Of a stretch of 64,000 nucleotides of DNA, positions 16,312-25,871 are shown in pieces. The notes under the pieces were generated by a model, which did not search any database, had not been told where the DNA came from, and saw only the letters and a program-made list of their open reading frames with translations. Position 1 is the first letter of the stretch. Each line of letters begins with the position of its first letter. The DNA lies in assembly GCA_014190355.1 (NCBI GenBank), contig BJGH01000003.1, forward strand, positions 159,315 through 223,314, read 5' to 3'. The DNA is from Alphaproteobacteria bacterium. Lineage in GTDB: Bacteria > Pseudomonadota > Alphaproteobacteria > Rickettsiales > UBA1997. The translations under genes were made by a program, and so were the position numbers.

Positions 16312-16821
16312 TTAATATAATCTTTTTTTACCTCTAAATCCAGCAGCAATTCCGGTGCGAGAAACTGTTGCTAAACCATAGTTTTCAAGGGTTTTAATAG
16401 CATTTTCAATTTCATTTGAATTGCCAATAATTTCAAAAACCCAAGAATCTTCTTCTTGATCAACTAACTCGCAACGAATATTTCCCAAAGCTTTTTTAGC
16501 ATTATCAACCAATTTATTATCTCCAACAATTTGCACTAAAGCGAGTTCGCGTTCAATATAACCATAGCTACTTGTTAATTCGGCACTAGTGTGAACAGGA
16601 ACAATGCGTTGCAATAATTTACAAATTAATTCAATGGTTTTGTCAGTTCCATAAGTTGTAATAGTGATGCGTGAAATTTTTTTATCACTAGCAATTGGAG
16701 CAACACAAAGGGTTTCGATATTGTATCCACGAGCAGAAAATAACTCGACAACTCGCGCTAACGCGCCAAATTCGTTGTCAATCAATACCGCAATAACATG
16801 TTTTTTAATAATATCAGACAT
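16312..16821 (-). CDS. ilvH: Acetolactate synthase small (regulatory) subunit
   Basis: 169 aa. The ACT domain start is HVIAVLIDNEFGALARVVELFSARGYNIETL. It sits immediately downstream of the large subunit gene. Confidence 0.88.
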   Translation of the reverse strand: MSDIIKKHVIAVLIDNEFGALARVVELFSARGYNIETLCVAPIASDKKISRITITTYGTDKTIELICKLLQRIVPVHTSAELTSSYGYIERELALVQIVGDNKLVDNAKKALGNIRCELVDQEEDSWVFEIIGNSNEIENAIKTLENYGLATVSRTGIAAGFRGKKRLY

Positions 16822-16836
16822 TTTAAAATTTATAAT

Positions 16837-18687
16837 TTATACGGCGTTAATATCTTTGGTGACATAACTTTTGGCTTGACTGCCCAGAAGAATTTCGTTG
16901 TGAGCTGAACCAGCAGGTATCATTGGAAAAACATTTTCTGATTTATCAACGACACAGTTAAATAAAACAGGACCTTGGTGATTAATCATTTGCAAAATTT
17001 TTTGATCAAGATTTTGCGGATTATCACATTCAATCCCAAGAATACCAAAGCTTTGAGCTAACAACACAAAATCAGGCAATGACTCCATATAAGATTGGCT
17101 TTCACGTTTTTCATAAATTAATTCTTGCCATTGGCGAACCATGCCCATGTAACGGTTGTTAAGAATAAAAATTTTAACAGGCAAATTATATTGCTTAAGA
17201 GTTGCTAATTCTTGCATGTTCATCATAAAACTAGCATCACCACTAACACAGATCACCAAGCTTTGCGGATTAGCTACCTGAGCACCAAGAGCGGAAGGTA
17301 CGCCGTAACCCATAGTTCCAAGACCTCCCGAAGTCAGCCATTTTTTTGGCTCATCAAAAGTGATATACTGCGCACTCCACATTTGATGTTGTCCTACATC
17401 GGTGGAAACAAAGGGCTTTTGATTCTTGGTAAGGGCGTTAAGTCTTTCAATAGCATATTCTGGCTTGATAGTTTTTGAACAATTTTCATAAGACAATGAT
17501 TTTATATCTCGCCATTTAGCAATCTTTTGCCACCACTCTTTAGTGTTGTCTTGCTTAACATTTTTTAACTTATGCCATCTATCGAGCATTGCCTCTAAAA
17601 CATTTTCAGCATCACCAACAATTCCTACATCAACTTGGATAATTTTGTTAATTGAACATTGATCAATATCGACATGAATTTTTTTAGAATTTGGTGAGAA
17701 ACCCGAAACCCTTCCAGTAACTCGATCATCAAATCGAGCACCAAGATTAATCATAACATCGCATTCATACATAGCCATATTAGCTTCGTATGTGCCATGC
17801 ATGCCCAGCATGCCAAGAAAATGGTGATCACTGGTTGGAAAAGCTCCCAGACCCATTAAAGTTTGAGTAATTGGAAAACCAGTAGCTTTAACTAATTGAC
17901 GAAGCAATTCGCAAGCTTTTTGCCCAGAATTAATCAACCCTCCTCCAACATAAAAAACTGGCCGTTGAGCATTTTTCATTAGCTCAACAGCCTGATCAAT
18001 TTGCGAGTGATCAATGCTAACTTGTTGTTTTAAAACTTTGTAAGATTGGCGATTTATTGTTGAAGGTTTACCTAAATATTTACCATGAGCATTTTGAACA
18101 TCTTTGGGAATGTCGATTAATACAGGGCCAGGACGATTGGTTCGCGCAATATGGAATGCTTCATGGATAATATTGCCTAAGTCATTAACATCTTTAACAA
18201 GATAATTATATTTGGTGCAAGATCTTGTTAAGCCAGTAACATCAGCTTCTTGAAAGCCATCGGTACCGATTATTGAAGTTGCAACTTGCCCTGAGATACA
18301 AACTAAAGGAATCGAGTCCATATAGGCATCAGTAAGTCCGGTAATGGCATTAGTAGCTCCAGGACCTGAGGTAACAGTAATAACTCCAACCTTACCGGTT
18401 GAGCGAGCGTAGCCTTCAGCAGCATGAGTAGAAGCTTGCTCGTGGCGATTTAAAATATGGTGAATTTTATTTTGCATAAACAAAGCATCATAAAACGGCA
18501 AAATTGCTCCACCTGGATAGCCAAAAATAGTATCAACACCCTCCTCAATTAACGCTTTAACAATTATTTGCGCTCCAGTCAACGACAATGGTTTATTGAT
18601 TAAATCAATATTATCTAAAGCTTTTTTATCAGGCTTTAGGGAGTTATTTTTGTTATTTTTTGTTTTGTTTTGAGTGATATTTTCCAT
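16837..18687 (-). CDS. ilvB: Acetolactate synthase large (catalytic) subunit, ThDP-dependent
   Basis: Motifs GYPGGAILPFYDAL and GPGATNAITGL, plus the ThDP motif GDASFMMNMQELAT. I chose the ATG at 18687 (MENITQ...) because the ORF-track start at 18723 is a TTG. Confidence 0.92.
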   Translation of the reverse strand: MENITQNKTKNNKNNSLKPDKKALDNIDLINKPLSLTGAQIIVKALIEEGVDTIFGYPGGAILPFYDALFMQNKIHHILNRHEQASTHAAEGYARSTGKVGVITVTSGPGATNAITGLTDAYMDSIPLVCISGQVATSIIGTDGFQEADVTGLTRSCTKYNYLVKDVNDLGNIIHEAFHIARTNRPGPVLIDIPKDVQNAHGKYLGKPSTINRQSYKVLKQQVSIDHSQIDQAVELMKNAQRPVFYVGGGLINSGQKACELLRQLVKATGFPITQTLMGLGAFPTSDHHFLGMLGMHGTYEANMAMYECDVMINLGARFDDRVTGRVSGFSPNSKKIHVDIDQCSINKIIQVDVGIVGDAENVLEAMLDRWHKLKNVKQDNTKEWWQKIAKWRDIKSLSYENCSKTIKPEYAIERLNALTKNQKPFVSTDVGQHQMWSAQYITFDEPKKWLTSGGLGTMGYGVPSALGAQVANPQSLVICVSGDASFMMNMQELATLKQYNLPVKIFILNNRYMGMVRQWQELIYEKRESQSYMESLPDFVLLAQSFGILGIECDNPQNLDQKILQMINHQGPVLFNCVVDKSENVFPMIPAGSAHNEILLGSQAKSYVTKDINAV

Positions 18688-18839
18688 AAGTTTTGACAAT
18701 TTTACCAAATTCAAACTTTGCAATCAAGTAAAAATTTATATAAAAATTATCTTAAATTTCTCGTTTACATTTTAAGTTGAGATAACTAAAGTTGTTAGCA
18801 TAAAAATTAAAAAATTTATTAATAAAAAAGTTGTTGATT

Positions 18840-19298
18840 ATGACTAAAACTAGTATCCTAAATATTGAAAAAATACTTAAATCATTACCGCATCGCTACC
18901 CGCTGTTGCTGGTTGATAAAGTCATTGAATTTGAAGAAAATAAAAAAATTGTTGCGATTAAAAACGTTACCTTCAACGAGCCTCATTTTCTGGGTCATTT
19001 CCCAGATCATCCAATTATGCCAGGGGTATTAATTATTGAAGCGCTTGCTCAAGCTGGAGCATTGATGGTGACATGTGCTCAAGATTTTAAAGCTGAAGAT
19101 AAACTAGTTTATTTTATGTCAATTGATGGTGCAAAATTTCGTAAACCTGTTGTCCCAGGAGATGTCTTGGAACTTCATGTTGAAGCTATTCAAAACCGTG
19201 GCAATGTCTGGAAATTATCAGCCCAAGCCAAAGTTGATGGCGTTAAAGTTTCTGAAGCACAGTTAAGTGCTATGATCGTTGATAAAGAAAAAAAATAA
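18840..19298 (+). CDS. fabZ: 3-hydroxyacyl-ACP dehydratase FabZ
   Basis: [38 protein letters not shown]. The ATG at 18840 is preferred over the upstream TTG. Confidence 0.93.
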   Translation: MTKTSILNIEKILKSLPHRYPLLLVDKVIEFEENKKIVAIKNVTFNEPHFLGHFPDHPIMPGVLIIEALAQAGALMVTCAQDFKAEDKLVYFMSIDGAKFRKPVVPGDVLELHVEAIQNRGNVWKLSAQAKVDGVKVSEAQLSAMIVDKEKK

Positions 19299-19304
19299 AT
19301 AGTC

Positions 19305-20135
19305 ATGACCAATAAATTTTCTAATTGCTCAATCCATTCAACTGCAGTGGTTGACAACAATGCCAAGCTTGATGCAGGGGTTGAAATTGGACCCTATTGC
19401 ATTGTTGGCAAAAATGTGCGAATTGGCAAAAATACCAAACTCAAATCTCACATTGTCATAGATGGCGATACGGTAATTGGTGAAAATAATGAGATCTTTC
19501 CATTCGCTTCAATTGGGCTTGTTCCCCAAGATTTGAAATTCAAAGGTGAAAATTCTCAACTAATAATTGGCAATAATAACAAAATCCGCGAGCATGTGAC
19601 AATTCATCTTGGCACTAAAGATGGAGGCAATCTTACTCAACTTGGCAATAACTGTTTACTGATGGTTGGGGTTCACATTGCACATGACTGTAAAGTTGGT
19701 AACTCAGTTATTTTAGCCAATAACGCTACTTTAGCAGGTCATGTTGAAGTTGGTGATGATGTTGTGATTGGAGGTTTATCAGCGGTTCATCAATTTGTAA
19801 GAATTGGCAAAGGGGCAATGATTGGAGGCATGTCAGGCGTTGAAAGCGATGTTATTCCCTTTGGCATGGTGATGGGAGATCGGGCAAGTTTAGCAGGCTT
19901 AAATTTAGTTGGGATGAAAAGACATAATTTTGAACGCGATGAAATTCATGGTCTTAGAAATTTTTTCAAAAAAGTTTTTGAAGAAAATATCGAAGAAAAT
20001 TTTCATCAACGCGTTAACAAAATAAGCCAAGAATTTACTCAAAAAACTGTTAGAGAAGTTGTCAATTTTATTCAACAACAAACCAGTAGATCTTTTTGCC
20101 AACCGAAAAATTTAAAGAAAAGTAACGATGCGTGA
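19305..20135 (+). CDS. lpxA: Acyl-ACP--UDP-N-acetylglucosamine O-acyltransferase
   Basis: 276 aa. Left-handed beta-helix hexapeptide repeats, the IHSTAVVD start and a C-terminal helical domain. It follows fabZ in the classic arrangement. Confidence 0.92.
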   Translation: MTNKFSNCSIHSTAVVDNNAKLDAGVEIGPYCIVGKNVRIGKNTKLKSHIVIDGDTVIGENNEIFPFASIGLVPQDLKFKGENSQLIIGNNNKIREHVTIHLGTKDGGNLTQLGNNCLLMVGVHIAHDCKVGNSVILANNATLAGHVEVGDDVVIGGLSAVHQFVRIGKGAMIGGMSGVESDVIPFGMVMGDRASLAGLNLVGMKRHNFERDEIHGLRNFFKKVFEENIEENFHQRVNKISQEFTQKTVREVVNFIQQQTSRSFCQPKNLKKSNDA

Positions 20136-20853
20136 AATCTGTTTAGATACTGAAACAACAGGTCTTGACCCCAAAGATGGTCATAAGGTAATTGAAATTG
20201 CTTGCGTAGAATTAGTTAATAAAATTAAAACCGGTAAATTTTTTCATACCTATATCAACCCCAGAAGAGATGTTCCTGAAGAAGCATTTAGAGTTCATGG
20301 TTTATCAACTGAGTTTCTCAAGGATAAACCTTTTTTTGATCATATCGTTGATAAATTTTTAGATTTCATCAAAGATGATTTGTTGGTTATTCACAATGCT
20401 AGTTTTGACTTAAAATTTTTAAATCATGAATTAAAAAATCTCAATCGACCAACCCTTAACAATAATCGAATCCGCGATACTTTACAAATTGCCCGAACTA
20501 AATTCCCTGGATCACCAAACTCACTTGATGCTTTATGCAAAAGATTTGCCATTGATTTATCGCGTCGACAAAAGCACGGAGCTCTTGTTGATACCGAATT
20601 ACTCTGCGATGTTTATATTGAATTAATGGGAGGAGCACAAACCAACATTTTTGGCAACGACCACAAATCTTCACAACAAATCACAGAAAATAAAGAAAAC
20701 AACAATGTTAAAGAACCATTAACTACTTTTAATACAAAAAAAGTTGAAAATTTTCCACTACGAAATTTTGAGCTATCAGCTGATCAAGAAAAACTTCATG
20801 AAAATTTTATTCTCAAAAATTTTAAAAATAATTTTTGGGGATACATAAACTAA
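20128..20853 (+). CDS. dnaQ: DNA polymerase III epsilon subunit (3'-5' exonuclease)
   Basis: Exo motifs [22 protein letters not shown] and [10 protein letters not shown]. It overlaps lpxA by 8 nt. Confidence 0.9.
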   Translation: MREICLDTETTGLDPKDGHKVIEIACVELVNKIKTGKFFHTYINPRRDVPEEAFRVHGLSTEFLKDKPFFDHIVDKFLDFIKDDLLVIHNASFDLKFLNHELKNLNRPTLNNNRIRDTLQIARTKFPGSPNSLDALCKRFAIDLSRRQKHGALVDTELLCDVYIELMGGAQTNIFGNDHKSSQQITENKENNNVKEPLTTFNTKKVENFPLRNFELSADQEKLHENFILKNFKNNFWGYIN

Positions 20854-20897
20854 TCTTCTATTAAATAAATATTCCTTAAATTTGTCAAAATTGGTCT

Positions 20898-20921
20898 GAA
20901 AAGGGGGTCAGACTCCTTTTG
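20898..20921. terminator. Degenerate, inverted copy of the repeat-family palindrome (GAAAAGGGGGTCAGACTCCTTTTG); possible dnaQ terminator
   Basis: Imperfect hairpin followed by T4, about 45 nt after the dnaQ stop. The core is the reverse-orientation variant of GGGGTCTGACCCC. Confidence 0.35.
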
Positions 20922-21585
20922 CACTTTTGTAAATATTTGTCTTGATTTTTTTAACCCAAAACTCCTATCAGATTTTACAGTTTCTTGCCAGTCCTTTTGC
21001 GCTGATTAGCTTGATCTTGAATAACCTGGAGGCTTGAATAGCCTTGAACCTGAAGAAAGATTTTTGACCAATCCAGAAATTAGTTTTTTACAACTTCCAG
21101 TTAAATTATGAACTTTTTTTTAATTATTTAATAGGGATTGGTAATCAATTTTTATTAGCTTCTTGCTCAATAGACAGTTGTCAAAATCTTTGTTGAGATT
21201 TTTGCTGTTTTAAAAATTATTGCCGACCTTTATCTAACTATTCAGCTTTCACTCTATTAGAAGCTATTTCATAAGCATTTGAAAAAATACCCGCACAACA
21301 AAAATCGTTATCGCAACAGATTTAACAAGAGTTAGTCCTAGGATAAATTCATTAATTCCAACAATTACAAAAATCAAAATTACCACCAAGCTAGCGATCA
21401 AAAATTTTAAATAATTTATAGAATTTTTAGTTTTTTATCATATTTTCTTTAAATCACCAAGAATGATAGGTTGCTTCTCTTTATTAGTAGGTTTTTTACA
21501 CTGATTTTATAATATTTTTCAGAATTTTCTTTCATTTAAAAATTGGCAATTGAATTATAAATAAAATAAAGGTTTTTAATTTTTC

Positions 21586-22242
21586 TTATATATTCCTCTG
21601 ACCACTTCCTTCTTTACCACGTAAAGACAAATTTTTTTGCCATTTATCACTAACATCAGGACCTTGCCAATCTTGATTTTTTTCACTGTTTCTTTGTTCT
21701 GATTGACTATAATAAATATCTTGTTCAACTGAAGGATTAATCCCATCGTAAACTCGCAATTTTTTTTCTTTAACTTTTGATATTCCTGATCGACTAACTA
21801 AAGCCAGAGAAATTTGAGAAACCGCAGAAACTCCTATCAAACCCAAGACTACTTCAGATGCTCCATATCCAGGAAATAAGACCAAGGAAGAAACACTGAT
21901 TACTCCAAAAGCCATTAGACCTAAAACAACCATTGGAACAACTGCACAGCCAACCAAAACCGTACTAATTAAGCGATTTCGATTTTTTTTTAAATCAATT
22001 TCTTGATTTATTTCTTGATTAGAAAATTTTTTTAATTCGGGATTATTATCTTGATCATCATAAGTTTGGTAATTATTTCTTTCTAGAGGATTGCCCGAGA
22101 TATACTTTTGGTTATTATCCATAGCACCTGAAGAAATATCCTCAGGATTTGATTTAAAAGTGCTAGCGGAATCTGGCAATTGTGGATGATGTATTGGATC
22201 TTCTTTGCCCATTGCTTGTTTATTAATTATATTATCATTCAA
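21586..22242 (-). CDS. Hypothetical membrane protein with a central multi-lobed hydrophobic domain (Inc-like effector candidate)
   Basis: 218 aa. The ORF-track start is a TTG; an alternative ATG at 22212 gives MGKEDP.... The hydrophobic block is LISTVLVGCAVVPMVVLGLMAFGVISVSSLVLFPGYGASEVVLGLIGVSAVSQISLALV. The flanks are N/Q/D-rich. Confidence 0.6.
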   Translation of the reverse strand: MNDNIINKQAMGKEDPIHHPQLPDSASTFKSNPEDISSGAMDNNQKYISGNPLERNNYQTYDDQDNNPELKKFSNQEINQEIDLKKNRNRLISTVLVGCAVVPMVVLGLMAFGVISVSSLVLFPGYGASEVVLGLIGVSAVSQISLALVSRSGISKVKEKKLRVYDGINPSVEQDIYYSQSEQRNSEKNQDWQGPDVSDKWQKNLSLRGKEGSGQRNI

Positions 22243-22557
22243 ATCTAGAAAACTTAATTTTAGATTAATCCTTTCATTATTTTAGTCAACTTTTTATAAG
22301 ATGACTTGTAAATTTATTTTTTATAACTTTAAATATCCAGTCATAACTTTGGCTTTAATCGGTTTATTTTATTGCCCATTATCAATTTTTTCACTTATCA
22401 TATCTTAAGCCAAAAACTTATCTGCAAAAAAACAAACAACAAAACTTTTAATTACTAAAAAAATATTTACTTTAAATATAAATTATAAATAATAATAATT
22501 ACTATTATATTCTACAAAATTTATTTTTAATAAATTAACACCACAAACGAAACATTA

Positions 22558-25083
22558 ATGTTCATAGGTCTTTTCTGGAAAAAAATATCGCTTTTTATTT
22601 CAAAAAGAATTAACGGTCTTCAAGATATTTTAAAAAATCCTCAAAATAATAGCGATCCATACTGGTTTTGGCTTTTTCTGCCCTTTGTCTTTGCCTTGGG
22701 ATGTATTTTTTATATTAAATTTAACAATAATTTTCAAAAAAATATTTTAATTTTAGCTTTTTTCTTTATTTGTTCTTTGAGTCTATTATTTTATAATTTT
22801 TTTCGTTCAAAATATTTTATTTACTTGCTAATTAGTAGTTTTTTAGCTGGGATTTTCTATAACTATTTTTATGATAAATTTTTATTTAATTATCAAATAA
22901 TTAATTTTAAAACTTATCTTAAAATTTCTGGAAAAATAGAAGAAATAAAACCATTTTATAACCCAATAAATCAATTATCAGGCTCTAATTTACTAATCAA
23001 AAATCCTACTATAGAAAAATTTAATTTTATAGATTATCAAAATTATTTTAATAAAAAAATACGACCCTCAAATCATAAAAAAAAATTAAAATTAAATTCA
23101 CAAAACAAAAATAAACTTGGTTCAAAAAAACCACAAAGTAACAAGAAAAAATATCATAAAAAGACTTCAAAGAAAAGTAAATTACCCAAAAATTTTCGAA
23201 ATTTAATCAACCTTAAAGATTTTCAGGAAATTGATAGAAAACTAATTGATTATCAACATAATTATGAGTGGGGAGATTTTATAAAAATTAACAACAAAAG
23301 TTATTTGGCTCAGCCTGCGCCATATATTAATATAAGCGTTGTTAAAAATTTTAATTCTTTACAAATAAATAATAATTTTAATGCTATTGTTTTATTTCAA
23401 CCAATTAAACCCAAAGATTTTAGCGATGATTTTGATTTTGCAATTTATAACAAGCAAAGAAAGATTGGCGGTTACGGCTTTGCTTTGTTGGTAATTGATA
23501 GCAATAAATTAAAAAATAGCCGAATCAATAATAGCAATCCTTGGCAATTATATTTCGAGAAATTTAGCAAAACCCAACAACAATTTTTTTTAGAGATTCG
23601 AAATAAAATTACTGAAAGAATTTTTAAAAATATTAATCAGGAATCTGGGGCTATAGCACTTGCACTTTTAATTGGCGATCAATCGAGAATAACTAGTAAA
23701 AACCTTGAAAACATTCGCCAATCAGGATTAAGTCATTTATTATCAATTTCTGGCTTTCATTTATCATTAGCATGTTTATTTTTTTTATTTGTAAGTCGTT
23801 ATTTATTAAGCTTATTTACCCCACTAGCTCTTATTTTTGACCTAAAAAAAATTTCAGCTTTTCTAGCGATCTTAGCTAGCTATTGTTACTTAATGATTAG
23901 TAACGCTCCAATCCCCGCCCAAAGAGCCTTTATCGCAGTGTTATTGTTAATTTTAAGTTATTTTTTTAATGAAAAATTTAATGGTAAAAGAGCTTTAGTC
24001 ATTAGCTTCTTTATACTGACATTGCTCAATCCTTATCAATTATTTAATCTTAGTTTTCAACTTTCATTTATTGCCATGCTAGTCTTGATTTGTTTTTATC
24101 ATGATTATCATCAAAAAATTTTTAATCCCAATCAAGCACTTAGATTGCCTCGAGAGAAAAAATTTTGGTTTAATCGTTTAACTTTTAAACTAAAAAAAAT
24201 TATTGATTATTTTCATGAAGTATTTTTGATTTCGGTATTAATCCAAATTACAACATTACCATTCCTTATTCAAAGCTTTGGTAATTTTAGCTTAATTGCA
24301 CCAATAACCAATATTATAGCTATTCCGTTAACTTCTTTACTAATAATGCCAAGCGGTTTTTTGGCATTGGCTTTAATGCCTTTTGCATTAGAAAAAATTC
24401 CTTTAATCTTCATGGATTTAAATATTAAAATTCTCCAAGAAATTATTAGTATTTTTGGACAAATTTCATTAGCAAGTATTCATTATCATAATCCTTCTCA
24501 GCTCTCTTTATTGCTAGCTTGTTTAGCAATTTTATTATTTTGCTTATGGCATAATAGTTTTATCAAAATATTGGCAATTATAATTTTTATAAGTAGTTTT
24601 TTTGTTTATAAATTTTCTAAAAACCCCGCCTTAATAATTGCTGGCAATCAAAATTCTTACGCACTATATCACCCGAATTCAGGGCTTGAATTTTCTGAGT
24701 TTAAGTCTCCAACAAAACAGCATCTCAATTGGCAAAAAAAATTCAATCAAAGAAAAATTAAATTTATCAAAAAGTGTGATAAAAAGTTAAATAATTATAA
24801 TTGTCAAAAATGTTTTATCAACCCAAGAAACAATTACTGCCTAGTCTATTATCAAGATCATCAAATTATTGTTATCAAGAACCGTAGCCAAATTTCCCAA
24901 TTATGTAGATATCGCCCAAAAATTGTAGTAAATTTAACCAAAAAATATCAACTACCCAAATGTTATCAAAAAAGAAAAATAAAACCCTTAATTATTGATA
25001 ATGTTGATTTTATTAATCATGAAACTCATAAAATTTTTTTCAATAACACCCACCAAAGTTTTAAATTACTAAATCAATTTTAA
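22558..25083 (+). CDS. comEC: ComEC/Rec2-family membrane protein
   Basis: 841 aa, polytopic. The competence-domain signature is IRQSGLSHLLSISGFHLSL. A Lys-rich low-complexity insert lies in the N-terminal part. No HxHxDH metallo-beta-lactamase motif is visible in the C-terminal ~180 aa. Confidence 0.8.
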   Translation: MFIGLFWKKISLFISKRINGLQDILKNPQNNSDPYWFWLFLPFVFALGCIFYIKFNNNFQKNILILAFFFICSLSLLFYNFFRSKYFIYLLISSFLAGIFYNYFYDKFLFNYQIINFKTYLKISGKIEEIKPFYNPINQLSGSNLLIKNPTIEKFNFIDYQNYFNKKIRPSNHKKKLKLNSQNKNKLGSKKPQSNKKKYHKKTSKKSKLPKNFRNLINLKDFQEIDRKLIDYQHNYEWGDFIKINNKSYLAQPAPYINISVVKNFNSLQINNNFNAIVLFQPIKPKDFSDDFDFAIYNKQRKIGGYGFALLVIDSNKLKNSRINNSNPWQLYFEKFSKTQQQFFLEIRNKITERIFKNINQESGAIALALLIGDQSRITSKNLENIRQSGLSHLLSISGFHLSLACLFFLFVSRYLLSLFTPLALIFDLKKISAFLAILASYCYLMISNAPIPAQRAFIAVLLLILSYFFNEKFNGKRALVISFFILTLLNPYQLFNLSFQLSFIAMLVLICFYHDYHQKIFNPNQALRLPREKKFWFNRLTFKLKKIIDYFHEVFLISVLIQITTLPFLIQSFGNFSLIAPITNIIAIPLTSLLIMPSGFLALALMPFALEKIPLIFMDLNIKILQEIISIFGQISLASIHYHNPSQLSLLLACLAILLFCLWHNSFIKILAIIIFISSFFVYKFSKNPALIIAGNQNSYALYHPNSGLEFSEFKSPTKQHLNWQKKFNQRKIKFIKKCDKKLNNYNCQKCFINPRNNYCLVYYQDHQIIVIKNRSQISQLCRYRPKIVVNLTKKYQLPKCYQKRKIKPLIIDNVDFINHETHKIFFNNTHQSFKLLNQF

Positions 25084-25146
25084 TAAACTATTTTTAGAAA
25101 CTATTTTTAAACTAAAAAAAAGAGGACAAGAAAAGTGAAAATGAAA

Positions 25147-25221
25147 TGGTGACCCCAACGAGATTCGAACTCGTATTTTCACCGTGAAAGGGTGACGTCC
25201 TAACCATTAGACGATGGGGCC
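25147..25221 (-). tRNA. tRNA-Glu (anticodon UUC)
   Basis: Manual fold of the reverse complement: acceptor GGCCCCA/TGGGGTC, D arm GTCT-AATGGTTA-GGAC, anticodon arm TCACC-CTTTCAC-GGTGA, T arm ACGAG-TTCGAAT-CTCGT, encoded CCA. It closely resembles E. coli tRNA-Glu. Confidence 0.93.
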
Positions 25222-25740
25222 CAAAAGGGAAAAAAGCTTATAAACTTTGAAATTAACTTAGGAATTATATAACTTGTTAAATTAATAACAACAATTTTAT
25301 AAATTTTTTTTATATATTCAAGTTTTTTTGAGTTCTCTTAAAAAAAATTAATAAGATAAGCCTAAAATACTGATTTACTTACGAAAATAAAATAAACCAC
25401 GATAGACATTTATTAACCTTTTATTAAAATCAGATGTTAATTGATTTAACTTAAAATAGAAACGCAAAATATTTAACAAATTTGATAAAAAATTCAATAA
25501 CATGAACCTATAACATGAAGATAACTTTTATTTTCTATAATAATCTTTAAGCTTAACTTTAAGTATTCCTAAAGATTTTTTAATTAGCTAAAACATTAAA
25601 AAAATTTTAATGCGATTTTTTTTATTAATTAAGGTTTTTTTCAGTAATTATTTGCCATTTAATAAGATTTAGCTTTACTTTAAAAAAAAATTAAAATTGT
25701 TGTGGACAAATATTTTAAGTATATTAAAAATTATAGTATA

Positions 25741-25788
25741 AAACTACATCTGGTGCAAACTTTACATTTTAACTACTAAATATAGTAT
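25741..25788 (+). promoter_or_regulatory. Putative tandem NrdR boxes upstream of nrdA
   Basis: AAACTACATCTGGTGC (25741-25756) and CTACTAAATATAGTAT (25773-25788) each match the NrdR consensus acaCwAtATaTwGtgt at about 11-12 of 16 positions. Their centres are 32 bp apart, and they lie 85-130 nt upstream of the nrdA ATG. Confidence 0.4.
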
Positions 25789-25871
25789 TATTTTTTAAAT
25801 ATATTATTAACTTTGTTTAATCTTTTAATTAATAAACTACAACAATAAATTTAATTTTAAAAACAATAATC

